A stretch of 30,155 bases of DNA from Armatimonadota bacterium. Lineage in GTDB: Bacteria; Sysuimicrobiota; Sysuimicrobiia; Sysuimicrobiales; Humicultoraceae. The DNA lies in NCBI GenBank assembly GCA_052386995.1, contig JBQTJP010000061.1, forward strand, positions 1-30,155. The letters run 5' to 3'. Numbering within the stretch: the first letter of the stretch is position 1; each line of letters opens with the position of its first letter. Shown piece by piece: positions 1-9,015 of this stretch. The translations under genes and the position numbers were made by a program. The notes under the pieces are model-generated. The model ran no database searches and was not told the origin of the DNA. It saw only the letters and a program-made list of their open reading frames with translations.

Positions 1-327
1 CACGCGACGTTCGACGGGCCGGCAAGAGGCATCCGATGTGCCTGCGCGATCGGCGATGCCCTTCGGCCATTGGGAATCGCTATCCGCGCCGGGCTGCACA
101 CCGGGGAAGTGGAGCTCTTGGACGACAAAGTGGGCGGCATCGCGGTGCACATCGGCGCCCGCGTCGCCGCGCAGGCTGGCGCCAGCGAAGTATTGGTATC
201 GAGCACCGTGAAGGACCTCGTCGCGGGCTCCGGGATTGAGTTCGAGGATCGCGGCGCGCACGTGCTCAAAGGGGTGCCTGGGGAATGGCGTCTGTTCCGA
301 GTGGCCGGCGGCTCTGTTGGAGGCTAG
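1..327 (+). CDS. Class III adenylate/guanylate cyclase domain protein, C-terminal part (5' truncated); resembles LipJ/Rv1900c-type proteins
   Basis: Frame 1 is open from base 1: [17 protein letters not shown]...[11 protein letters not shown]...[11 protein letters not shown]...[34 protein letters not shown]. RxGLHTGE, GxxVHxxAR and LKG are cyclase motifs. Stop TAG at 325-327. Confidence 0.9.
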   Translation, partial: HATFDGPARGIRCACAIGDALRPLGIAIRAGLHTGEVELLDDKVGGIAVHIGARVAAQAGASEVLVSSTVKDLVAGSGIEFEDRGAHVLKGVPGEWRLFRVAGGSVGG

Positions 328-341
328 AGGTAGATCAATAG

Positions 342-617
342 CTAGACGACGGCAATGGCGATAAGAAGGAGGATCAAGAACGCCAGGCTGGTGGTGAGAT
401 CAACAAGCGTGACCTCAAGTTGTTCGTCCGGAAGTTGCCTCATGCGCCGAACCCAGTTCGTCAGAATATCCTCCAGGGGTCCAGCGACAAATACCGCAAG
501 GGAGATCAGCAGCGAGGGCAGAGAGCCTTGCACGAAGTAGCGCCACAGGCCGTAGAGTATCACCGCGGCACCGAAGACATAGCCCAACCAGGTTAAGACT
601 CTCACCAAGATCGGCAC
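342..617 (-). CDS. Small hypothetical membrane protein (about 91 aa, about 3 TM helices)
   Basis: Three hydrophobic stretches (VLTWLGYVFGAAVILYGLW; SLLISLAVFVAG; TSLAFLILLLIAIAVV). Start moved from 665 to GTG 617, preceded by GAGGGG and 7 nt after the upstream stop. Confidence 0.7.
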   Translation of the reverse strand: MPILVRVLTWLGYVFGAAVILYGLWRYFVQGSLPSLLISLAVFVAGPLEDILTNWVRRMRQLPDEQLEVTLVDLTTSLAFLILLLIAIAVV

Positions 618-624
618 GGCTCGA

Positions 625-3375
625 TCACCCCTCGGGTTCGAGCGCGTAGTCCAGGGCCTGCTCAAGGGTCATCGCGCGACCCGCCGCCATGGCGGCGTCG
701 AACGCGCTCGCGCCCAGCGTCTCGCGGACCAGAGCGAGATCGGGCCCATAGCCGTCGCGTGTCCAGAAGGTCTGGGCGTCCCCTGTGATGCCGCGGAGCG
801 CCGCCGATGCGCCAACGAGCCGCGCCACGCGCTCATAACGGCCGGTCCGGCCAGCCAGTCCTGCCAGATCCTCCAGACAGGCGGCCATGCCGATCTTCTC
901 GCCCTGCTCGCGACAATAGACCAGACTCTCGCGCAACAGTGCCGCGGCACGCTCGAAGTCTCCATCTTCGACCGCGATGCCGCTCAGGCGACGAAGCACC
1001 CCGGGATAAAACACCTTGGCGCCAATCCGTCGAAACACCGTCAGGCTTTCCTCAAACAGAGCCCTTGCGCCGGCGCGGTCTCCACGGTTGGATGCGGCGT
1101 GACCCAGTCCGCGAAGCGCGACGGCGATCATCCTGGGCACTTCGAGTTCTCGTGCCAGCGTCAGGGCATCATTGTGGAGCGCGGTTGCCCGCTCGACGTC
1201 GCCTCTCGCGTTCTCGGTGAATCCCATCCAGTTGAGAATCTCCAGGACCCCGCGCCTATCCCCAAGGCCCCTGTAGAGCGCCAGACCACGCTCGTAGATC
1301 TCCACGGCTTTCGCGTAGTCTCCCTGTTCCGACACCACCAGCCCCAGGAACCACATGGAATCCGCGATGCCCGAGGCGTCTCCGAGGTCCGTGAAAATGC
1401 CGAGCCCCTCCTCGATGAGGGTCCGTGCCTCGTGATAGTCAGATTGGTGCCAGGCTAAATGACCCGCCGCAATCAGCGCCTGGCCGCGGAGGCGATTCCG
1501 AATCGGTCCCGGCGCGGCAAGCGCGCGGCCGAGCCAGTCACGCCCCTCCCGGAAGTATGCACGTGTGTCCCAGAACCAGAGGAGCGCCACGGCCAGCCTG
1601 AGGGCGGCATTCGCATTGGCCGAGGTCAGCGACCATTCGAGCGCAGCCCGAAGGTTGTCGCGCTCGTGCTCCAGCAGGTCGAGCCAGTCAGACTGCTGGT
1701 GCCCGCGGAGTTCCGGCTCGGCCCGTTCAGCCAGTTGGAGGAACCAGTCGCGGTGGCGCTCGCGCGCTGCCCACTCTTCGCCGTCTTCCCGCAGGTGGTC
1801 TCGGCCGTACTGCCGGACCGTTTCCAGCATCCGGTAGCGGGGTGGTCCATCTTCCATGTCGGCGATGACCAGAGACTTATCCACCAAATGACTCAGCAGG
1901 TCGAGGAGATCGGCAGCCTCCACGCCCTCACCGTCGCAGACACCCTCGGCAGCTTCCAACGTGAAGCCGCCGGCAAAAACCGAAAGACGCCGCAGGACGG
2001 CGCGCTCTGCCTCTGACAGGAGACCGTAACTCCAGTCCATCGCGGCTTGAAGTGTTTGATGGCGCGCGGGCGCGGTTCGGCTCCCGCCGACCAGCAACCG
2101 AAAACGCTCGTCGAGCCGTTTCGCGATCTCCTCGACAGACAACACCTTCACACGCGCAGCGGCCAGTTCGACGGCAAGAGGAATGCCGTCCAGCCGCATG
2201 CAGACTTGAACCACAGCGGCGGCGTTCCCCGCCGACAACCGGAAAGTCGGGAGCACGGCCGTGGCCCGATCGACGAACAGCCGGATTGCCTCGTACGCCG
2301 GTAGGGCTTCGGGGGATGGCAGGTGGTCGAGATCGGGCACCGCCATGGACGGCACCGGATATGTCGTCTCGCCGCTCACGCCCAACGGCTCGCGGCTCGT
2401 GGACAGAACGGAGAGGTTTGGACAGAATCGGAGCAGGGCATCGGCAAGTTCGGCGGCTGTAGCAACCACATGCTCACAATTGTCAAAGATCAGCAGGATC
2501 CTACGCGTGCCGAGCGCTCCTGCCAGCGTGGTGGCCAGCGCTTCCCTCGGCTGTTCGCGCACGTTGAGCACGGATGCCGCAACCCGGGGGACGGCCGCCG
2601 CCTCCGTGACCGCGGCAAACTCCATCAGCCAGACCCCGTCCTTGAAGCCGTCCGTGAGCTCGGCTGCGACCTGGAGGGCCAGACGGGTCTTGCCCGTGCC
2701 GCCCGGTCCCGTGAGCGTGATGAGTCGAGTACGGGGCACGATCTCTTTGAGGTCCGCAATTTCGCGATCCCGTCCGACAAAGCTCGAGAGTTGGATCGGC
2801 AGATTGGTGAGACGGGGATCGAGTGAGCGAAGCGCCGGGAAATCGGCCGTAAGCTCGGGATGGATGACCTGAAAGACATGTTCTGGGCGCTGGAGGTCTT
2901 TGAGGCGGTGCAGTCCTCGGTCGCGCAGCTCCACGCCCGCGGGCAGGTTCTCCAGGAGTTCCCGCGTCCGTTCCGAGATGAGGATTTGGCCACCCCACCC
3001 GGCCTGACAGATCCGGGCGGCCCGGTGCACATCCAGACCCACAAAGCCTTCGCGTGTTTTCATCGGCGCGCCGGTATGGAGGCCCATGCGCACCTGCAGC
3101 CTGGCGTCGTGGGGCCAGGGATGTGCGGCAAGGGCCCGCTGGGCCGCCACCGCCCCCCGCACCGCGTCGCCTGCGGTTTGAAAGGCGATCAGAAAGCCGT
3201 CGCCCTGATCTTGGAGCTCATGGCCACCGGCCTCTGCGATCGTCGCCCGCAGCAGACTTCTGTGATCCTCGAAGATCTGCACAGACCCAGAATCGCCGAG
3301 GTGCTGGAGAAGGCGTGTTGATCCTTCTATGTCGGTGAAGAGGAAGGTGATGATGCCGGATCGATCGTCTACCAT
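625..3375 (-). CDS. Class III nucleotide cyclase + STAND-type P-loop ATPase + TPR repeat protein
   Basis: TFLFTDIEGST, QGDGF, RMGLHTG, GLDVHRAARI and LKDL (cyclase); FVGR, GPGGTGKT Walker A, LLIFDNCEH Walker B, TSRE, LDGIPLAVELAAAR (STAND); C-terminal helical repeats. Start set at ATG 3375 (MVDDRS), 1 nt after the upstream stop. Confidence 0.92.
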   Translation of the reverse strand: MVDDRSGIITFLFTDIEGSTRLLQHLGDSGSVQIFEDHRSLLRATIAEAGGHELQDQGDGFLIAFQTAGDAVRGAVAAQRALAAHPWPHDARLQVRMGLHTGAPMKTREGFVGLDVHRAARICQAGWGGQILISERTRELLENLPAGVELRDRGLHRLKDLQRPEHVFQVIHPELTADFPALRSLDPRLTNLPIQLSSFVGRDREIADLKEIVPRTRLITLTGPGGTGKTRLALQVAAELTDGFKDGVWLMEFAAVTEAAAVPRVAASVLNVREQPREALATTLAGALGTRRILLIFDNCEHVVATAAELADALLRFCPNLSVLSTSREPLGVSGETTYPVPSMAVPDLDHLPSPEALPAYEAIRLFVDRATAVLPTFRLSAGNAAAVVQVCMRLDGIPLAVELAAARVKVLSVEEIAKRLDERFRLLVGGSRTAPARHQTLQAAMDWSYGLLSEAERAVLRRLSVFAGGFTLEAAEGVCDGEGVEAADLLDLLSHLVDKSLVIADMEDGPPRYRMLETVRQYGRDHLREDGEEWAARERHRDWFLQLAERAEPELRGHQQSDWLDLLEHERDNLRAALEWSLTSANANAALRLAVALLWFWDTRAYFREGRDWLGRALAAPGPIRNRLRGQALIAAGHLAWHQSDYHEARTLIEEGLGIFTDLGDASGIADSMWFLGLVVSEQGDYAKAVEIYERGLALYRGLGDRRGVLEILNWMGFTENARGDVERATALHNDALTLARELEVPRMIAVALRGLGHAASNRGDRAGARALFEESLTVFRRIGAKVFYPGVLRRLSGIAVEDGDFERAAALLRESLVYCREQGEKIGMAACLEDLAGLAGRTGRYERVARLVGASAALRGITGDAQTFWTRDGYGPDLALVRETLGASAFDAAMAAGRAMTLEQALDYALEPEG

Positions 3376-3376
3376 C

Positions 3377-5374
3377 TCACAGTCGAAGCAATCCGGCCTT
3401 CTGCAGACCGCGCGCGAGGACGTGGAAATGGTTGGACCCGATCCGGAAGCCAAATTCGTGACAGATGGCTTCTCCGATCTCTGCGAGGCTCCGGTGGCCA
3501 TCGCTGAGATTCCAGAGTTCGTCGCCGAAAATCCGCAGTGTCTCCCAGTTCACCCGCGAATCCTCCGCGCGCATCGCGTCCACGAGGGCGGCCATCTCAT
3601 CATACGAGAGGCCGACAACACCTGGAGGAACGCCGTCGTGCGGGCGCCGGGGGATCATCTTTGCGCCCTCGCGAGGCTTGCGTTTCTTTTTACCCGAGTC
3701 GCTGGCAGCGCGGGCACGCCCGCGCAGGCGTCTGACTTCCCTCCTGGCGGTGGCCGCATTCTCTTCGACAAGTTGATTGGCGATCAGGCGGACGCCGCGC
3801 GCCGCTGGCCCACCGCCGGCCAGAGCCACCGCTGAGCGGATCGCCCGGGCATCCCTGTCGACGAGATAATCGATCTGTCCCCGCGCGCGTTCCAGCACGG
3901 CGCCGTCACGACTCCTCATCTCGCCGAGCGCGTCTCTCGCGACGCGCGCTACCCTCAGGGCCGCCTTGGCCGCGACCTCGCGCAGGATGGGCCCTACGTC
4001 TGCGGGACCGGACCGGGCGATCGCCACTGCCAGGCTGCCCAGCATGCGTCCGGCCCGCTCGAAGACCATCGGGTCGGTATGCTCGGCGGTGAGCAGTTGC
4101 GTGTGGAAGTACAGATCGGGCCAGGACATGAACAAGGGCGCGGGCACGCCAAAGGTCACCCAGTAATGGTTGTCGCTCCACGGCGTATAGGGCAGCTGGT
4201 GGAAGTTCACCAGCGGGATAACGGGCCCGTTCCGAAAGGGCCAGTCGGCTTCTTTGGGCAGATCCTCGATGAGCGCCGCGCCAACGTCATTGATGTAACT
4301 GGGGATTGAGTCAGGTGATCGGTACATCACGAGCGACGACTTCAGGGTTGACTGGCGGTGGCCGACAGAATCCAGGCACAGCGCGGCGTTGATCTTCGGG
4401 AGCGTATCACGATGCGAGTGGATGAAGTACGTGCTCCCGAGGCCCTCCGCGACGAACAGAAATCGAATCGACCGCCGGGGCCGCGGGAGTGCGCCGTCGC
4501 CGATGGCCGCCTGGATTGCGCGGCACAGCTCGATCATCAGCGCGGGCCCGGCAGCGCAGTTCGCGCACGGCTTGGTGCCGGCGGATGTGTGCGCGATGAA
4601 GAGCACGGACTCGTCCGGACGTCCGGCGCCCCGAATCGTCGCGATCAGATTCACGCCTTCGCCCTTGAACGTGCGGGCAGCGACCCGGGCGCTGACGCTG
4701 ACAGGCCCGGCCTGCGCGAGAGTCGCGAGTCGCTGCGCCGAGTGATAGTCCACCGAAAACGCCCAAGGATTCTCCCAACGAGGCGGCAGCCGCAGCAGCT
4801 GCACCGCCTCTGGCAGGGCGTGTCGCGTGCGCCAGGGCCGTGTCTGGGAGTGCAGGAAATCGGTGATGATCCCCGCGGCGCCGTGTGTGCGGGCCAGCTC
4901 GGCCGCATGGTGCCAGGCCGGCCGGGACTCGCTGTCGCGAATCAGGACGGCGTTGCCCGCCACGGGCTTCCCCACGTAGTCCGCAGCCGACAGGCCGCGG
5001 CCGACATCCACGATCTGGACGACGACGCCGTCGGGCGGCGTGCTGCCACACCACCACGGCAGCGTGGACGGAATCTGCTCGTACGAGATCAGGTGCTCGC
5101 ACACGGGTGCCACGATCTCCAGGCCGGCCGACAGGGGCTCCCATGCCGGCGGCATCGTGCGACCCAGAAATTTCGTCTGACCGTCGAGCGGGTACCGTTC
5201 CTCGATGACCTCATCGGCGCCGGCCTCACGGATGGCGGCGGCGACATACTGCGTGGCAGCGTGGTAGCCGGACGATCCCGGCGAGCGATAGTGCTCGGTC
5301 AGGGCAGCGGTGGATCCTTGGGCGCGCGCGCCCGACAGATATCTGCGGAAGATCGCATCCAGTTCCGGATACAT
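3377..5374 (-). CDS. M28-like / DUF4910-type metallopeptidase-fold protein with PA-like insert
   Basis: HYRSPGSSGY, RSIRFLFVAEGLGS, CLDSVG, PWSDN, WPDLYFHT and C-terminal NLSDGHRSLAEI match M28/DUF4910 patterns. Start set at ATG 5374 (MYPELDAIF); the ORF-track extension overlaps the SDR gene. Confidence 0.75.
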   Translation of the reverse strand: MYPELDAIFRRYLSGARAQGSTAALTEHYRSPGSSGYHAATQYVAAAIREAGADEVIEERYPLDGQTKFLGRTMPPAWEPLSAGLEIVAPVCEHLISYEQIPSTLPWWCGSTPPDGVVVQIVDVGRGLSAADYVGKPVAGNAVLIRDSESRPAWHHAAELARTHGAAGIITDFLHSQTRPWRTRHALPEAVQLLRLPPRWENPWAFSVDYHSAQRLATLAQAGPVSVSARVAARTFKGEGVNLIATIRGAGRPDESVLFIAHTSAGTKPCANCAAGPALMIELCRAIQAAIGDGALPRPRRSIRFLFVAEGLGSTYFIHSHRDTLPKINAALCLDSVGHRQSTLKSSLVMYRSPDSIPSYINDVGAALIEDLPKEADWPFRNGPVIPLVNFHQLPYTPWSDNHYWVTFGVPAPLFMSWPDLYFHTQLLTAEHTDPMVFERAGRMLGSLAVAIARSGPADVGPILREVAAKAALRVARVARDALGEMRSRDGAVLERARGQIDYLVDRDARAIRSAVALAGGGPAARGVRLIANQLVEENAATARREVRRLRGRARAASDSGKKKRKPREGAKMIPRRPHDGVPPGVVGLSYDEMAALVDAMRAEDSRVNWETLRIFGDELWNLSDGHRSLAEIGEAICHEFGFRIGSNHFHVLARGLQKAGLLRL

Positions 5375-5394
5375 GGTCGCTGCGCGACTGTGCC

Positions 5395-6186
5395 CTAGGG
5401 CACCGAGAGCGGCCGCATCGTCAGCGACCAGCCGCCGTCGATCAAGATATCCTGCCCTGTGAGGTACGCCGACGCGTCCGATGCCAGGAACACGCAGAGG
5501 CCGACCAGGTCGTCGGGCCACGAGAAGCGCCGCAGGGGAATGAGATCGACATTGGCTTTGTAGCGCGGCGACGCCGGATCGGGGGGACGCTCGCGGAAGG
5601 CCACCGCGCCGGGGGAGAGCGCGTTCACCGTGATGCCGTCGTCCGCCCATTCGACCGCCAGCCCACGGGTCAGCGCGGACACCGCGCCCTTGGACGCGCT
5701 GTACGACGTGCGCTTCCACACGCCCTTGCGGGCGGAGATCGAGCCGATGTTGATGATGCGCCCGCTCTTCCGCGCCCGCATCGATGGATACACGGCCTGC
5801 GAGGCGAGCAGAATGCCGCGGACGTTGACGCCCATGATCCAATCCCAGTCTTCCGCGGTGTGTTCCATCGCCGTCTTGTCAACCCGGACCGCCGCGTTGT
5901 TGACCAGGATGTCGATGCGTCCCCAGCGCGCGGTCGCCGCCTCTGCCATGGCGCGGCAGGAGGCACCGTCGCTGATGTCCGTCCGGACCGCCGCGGCCTC
6001 CCACCCTTCGTCGCGCAGCCGGGCGGCGGCGGCCTCGCCGCTTGCGGCATCCTGATTGGCGATGAGCACTTTCGCCCCGGCCCCGGCCAGACCCCGGGTC
6101 AGCCCGTACCCGATGTTGCGGTTGCCGCCGGTGACAATGGCGACCCGCCCTTCAAGCGAGAACAAGTCGAGGGTGGGACGTTGCAC
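5395..6186 (-). CDS. Classical short-chain dehydrogenase/reductase (FabG / gluconate 5-dehydrogenase-like)
   Basis: DLFSLEGRVAIVTGGNRNIG, DILVNNAA, GRIINIGS, YSASKG (YxxxK), VNALSPG, YLTGQDILIDGG. Probable GTG start at 6186 after GGAG. Confidence 0.93.
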   Translation of the reverse strand: MQRPTLDLFSLEGRVAIVTGGNRNIGYGLTRGLAGAGAKVLIANQDAASGEAAAARLRDEGWEAAAVRTDISDGASCRAMAEAATARWGRIDILVNNAAVRVDKTAMEHTAEDWDWIMGVNVRGILLASQAVYPSMRARKSGRIINIGSISARKGVWKRTSYSASKGAVSALTRGLAVEWADDGITVNALSPGAVAFRERPPDPASPRYKANVDLIPLRRFSWPDDLVGLCVFLASDASAYLTGQDILIDGGWSLTMRPLSVP

Positions 6187-6199
6187 AGCACGCTCCGGA

Positions 6200-6229
6200 A
6201 TTATGGCAGGATAGGGCCGGGTTCTGCAA
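6200..6229 (-). promoter_or_regulatory. Candidate sigma70-type promoter for the SDR-peptidase-cyclase unit
   Basis: The minus strand reads TTGCAG-N18-CATAAT with TGn before the -10, in the divergent intergenic gap. It would give a very short leader. Confidence 0.35.
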
Positions 6230-6280
6230 AAAGGACATAGCATCCTGTCAGGTCACGCGGCCGAATACCCGGAGATCACC

Positions 6281-7264
6281 GTGGTGACGCTTCCTCGCGT
6301 TCATGTCATGACAACCGGCGGCACCATCGCCGGGAAGCCTCAGCCGAGCGGCGAGGTGGCCCCGGGTCTCTCGGCCGACGAGTTACTCGCCCGGATCCCG
6401 CAGGCGCAGTCGGTCGCGCGGGTCACGGCCGAGCAGTACCTCAGCGTCGCCAGCGCCTTCTTCGGTTTCGGCGAGATGCACGGGCTCGCGCAACGCGTGC
6501 TGGCCGTCGCCGCCGACCATGGGGTCGCGGGCGTCGTCATCACGCACGGCACGGGCGGACTCGAGCAGACCGCCCACTTCCTGGATGTCACCCTCGGCCT
6601 GGATCGACCCGTGGTGCTCACCGGCGCGATGCTGAATCCCACGCTCCCCGGCGACGACGGCCCGATCAATCTGCTGAACGCCATCCGGGTCGCGGCGAGC
6701 CCCCGGTCGGTGGATCTTGGGGTGCTCGTCGTCATGAACGGGACGATCCACGCGGCTCGGGATGTGACGAAGGTCCACGCCTCGCGAACCGACGCGTTCC
6801 AGTCGCCGGAGTTCGGCCCGCTTGGGGCGATCGATGAAGACCACGTCTTCTACGCCCGGCGGCCGTTCCGCCGCATCCCGGCGGTCATGCCGCCCGCCGT
6901 CACCGCGCGCGTCGAGCGCATTCCCTTCGGAGCCGACAGTTCAGATCTCTTTCTGAGAGCGGCACTGGAGGCAGGGGTCGACGGCATCGTCATTGAGGCC
7001 GGACGCTTGAACCCGCAGCAGCTCGACCTGGTGACGGCGGCGCTCGGGCGCGGCAGAGTGGTGGTCATGTGTAACCCGCATGGGAGCGGGCGGCTCAATC
7101 GCAACACCTACCGTCATGCCGGCGGCGAGTCGCACCTGCTGGAGTTGGGCGTCATCTTCGCCGGCACGCCGGCGCACAAAGCGCGCGTCAAGCTCACGGT
7201 CCTGCTGAGCGCAGGGCTCTCCCGCAACCGGATACGCGATCTCTTTCACGCAGAGTGGGAATGA
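6281..7264 (+). CDS. Asparaginase/glutaminase-family protein with atypical active site
   Basis: TTGGTIAG, VVITHGTGGLEQTA (canonical HGTDT), PVVLTGAM, DGPINL, VTKVH, FQSPEFGPLG, KARVKL. Confidence 0.88.
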   Translation: MVTLPRVHVMTTGGTIAGKPQPSGEVAPGLSADELLARIPQAQSVARVTAEQYLSVASAFFGFGEMHGLAQRVLAVAADHGVAGVVITHGTGGLEQTAHFLDVTLGLDRPVVLTGAMLNPTLPGDDGPINLLNAIRVAASPRSVDLGVLVVMNGTIHAARDVTKVHASRTDAFQSPEFGPLGAIDEDHVFYARRPFRRIPAVMPPAVTARVERIPFGADSSDLFLRAALEAGVDGIVIEAGRLNPQQLDLVTAALGRGRVVVMCNPHGSGRLNRNTYRHAGGESHLLELGVIFAGTPAHKARVKLTVLLSAGLSRNRIRDLFHAEWE

Positions 7265-8226
7265 CCGTCCAGCAGCGCCCTCGCGCGCGCGACGCAGTCG
7301 GCCACGCCGGCCTCGAGCGACCAGTGCGGATCGAATCCCAGGTCGGCCCTGGCGCGGGAGATGTCGAGCACGCAGTAGTGACCGGGCGCAAAGTCGACGC
7401 CGGGCCCGATCTCGATTTGGGCATGGGGCACCGCGGCCTGTACGGCCGCGGCAAAACGGCCGGGCGTCACGGGCTGGCCGGCCCCGATATTGTACGCGGG
7501 GCTCGAAAGCCGCGGCGCATCCGCTGCCAGCACGAAGGCGCGGGCGAGATCTCTCACGTAGACGCAATCCATCACGCGGTCGGCGCCACCAGGGATCCTC
7601 GTGGGCTTCCCTCGCACCGCGTCGGCGATCATCGCATGCAGCATCCCCATCGCGCGGCCGCCCGGAGTGGGCGTGCGCTCGGCCGCATAGTAGATCGCGA
7701 ACCGAAACGCGGCGAACTCCAGCCCGAACTTGCGCTGATAGAACCGGCCCATGCGCTCGGCGGCATGCTTCCACACTTCGTAGGGTCGGTCGGGGTCGAG
7801 CCAGTGATCTTCCGGCACCGGACGGTACGCCGGATGACCGTAGGGCGTCCCGTCGAAGTCAGGGTACACCGTGCGCGTGCTCGCCATGACCACTCGCCGT
7901 ATGCCGCTGCGCCGCGCCGCTTCGAGGACGGACATCGTGCCCGTCATGTTGACCCGAAACATGACCAGCGGCTCATCGTCGGATGCGGCGCCGGTCAGCG
8001 CGGCGAGATGCAGTATGACGCCGGCGCGGTGACGCCGGCACAACGCGATCAGGGCATCCACGTCGACGATGTCCGACCGGGCAAGATCCACCCGGCCGTC
8101 GAACTCCTGGAGCCAGGCCGGTCCCGGCGCGATGTCGACGACGACGGGCCCCTCCCCCCGAGCGACGAGATCGCGGACGACGTATGATCCGACGACCCCC
8201 GCCCCGCCGGTGACGAGGATCGTCAC
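7246..8226 (-). CDS. NAD-dependent epimerase/dehydratase (extended SDR)
   Basis: ILVTGGAGVVG, ILHLAA, VNMTGT, PYEVWK (YxxxK), DCVYVRDLA, YNIG. GTGA overlap with the upstream gene. Confidence 0.92.
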   Translation of the reverse strand: MTILVTGGAGVVGSYVVRDLVARGEGPVVVDIAPGPAWLQEFDGRVDLARSDIVDVDALIALCRRHRAGVILHLAALTGAASDDEPLVMFRVNMTGTMSVLEAARRSGIRRVVMASTRTVYPDFDGTPYGHPAYRPVPEDHWLDPDRPYEVWKHAAERMGRFYQRKFGLEFAAFRFAIYYAAERTPTPGGRAMGMLHAMIADAVRGKPTRIPGGADRVMDCVYVRDLARAFVLAADAPRLSSPAYNIGAGQPVTPGRFAAAVQAAVPHAQIEIGPGVDFAPGHYCVLDISRARADLGFDPHWSLEAGVADCVARARALLDGHSHSA

Positions 8227-9002
8227 CGCACGGCCTCCTTTACGCGGTGCTCGAGACCCAGCAGGCGGGCGACGTTGCCGCCGAGGACTTTGGCCTTCTC
8301 CTCAGGCGACAGACCGGCCACCTCGATCTTGGTCAATTCGACCTTCGGATGGTGCAGCGGCGCGTCGGACCCGTAGATGATTCGCTCGATGCCGACCCGC
8401 TCCGCGGCCACGCGCACGATGCGATGCGTCCACGGCTGCGCCGAGGTTTCCAGGATGACGTTGGGCTCTTTCTGCGCCACGTAGATCGCGTCTCTGTACG
8501 CGGCCATCCCCATGTGCGCCATGATGATCGTCACGCGGGGGAACCGGCCGGCCAGGTCGCCGATCAGCGCGGGCTGCGAGCCGGGCTGGTGACTGTGAAT
8601 CGTGACCGGCACACCGAGCTCACCGGCGGCCTCGATCAGCGGAAACACGATGGAGTGGTTGGCCTGATAGGCATCGATGATGGGATGCAGCTTGAGGCCC
8701 TTGAGGCCGTACTCGCGCACCGCGCGGAAGAAGTCGGCCCGGCTGTCGCGCTCCCAGGGGTTCGCCCAGAAGAAGCCGACGAACCGGTCGGGAAACCGCT
8801 GCACGGCATCGATGACAGGCTTGACCCGGTCTTCATGCCCGGGCCGTCCGAGGCCGAAGGCCACGGCCATGTCGATGCCGACCTCGTCCATCAGGCTCTT
8901 CATATCCGCGGCCAGGAACGCCGTCTTGTTCTCCCACAGCGCCTGCTTGCCGTAGTGCTCGTCGCCCCGACCCAGATGGGTGTGCGCATCGATCACGAAC
9001 AT
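8223..9002 (-). CDS. Amidohydrolase_2 family TIM-barrel metallohydrolase
   Basis: IDAHTH, GLKLHP, PVTIHS, IIMAHMG, IIYGSDAP, VLGGNVARLL. GAGGAGG upstream. Confidence 0.92.
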   Translation of the reverse strand: MFVIDAHTHLGRGDEHYGKQALWENKTAFLAADMKSLMDEVGIDMAVAFGLGRPGHEDRVKPVIDAVQRFPDRFVGFFWANPWERDSRADFFRAVREYGLKGLKLHPIIDAYQANHSIVFPLIEAAGELGVPVTIHSHQPGSQPALIGDLAGRFPRVTIIMAHMGMAAYRDAIYVAQKEPNVILETSAQPWTHRIVRVAAERVGIERIIYGSDAPLHHPKVELTKIEVAGLSPEEKAKVLGGNVARLLGLEHRVKEAVR

Positions 9003-9015
9003 GGCTCTCGCCTCC

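Noticed and set aside
330..620. Locally lower GC suggesting a foreign insertion
   Set aside because: Explained by Leu/Ile/Phe-rich membrane-protein codons; no flanking repeats or mobility genes seen.
5375..5842. Apparent 156-aa N-terminal extension or fusion on the M28-like ORF (similar extensions at 3376-3501, 17088-17324 and 25668-26036)
   Set aside because: Arg/Gly/Ala-rich alternate-frame read-through of the upstream gene; a better start exists downstream in each case.
7246..7264. 19-nt convergent overlap of the asparaginase-like and epimerase genes
   Set aside because: Short 3' overlaps are common and both proteins end at normal lengths.
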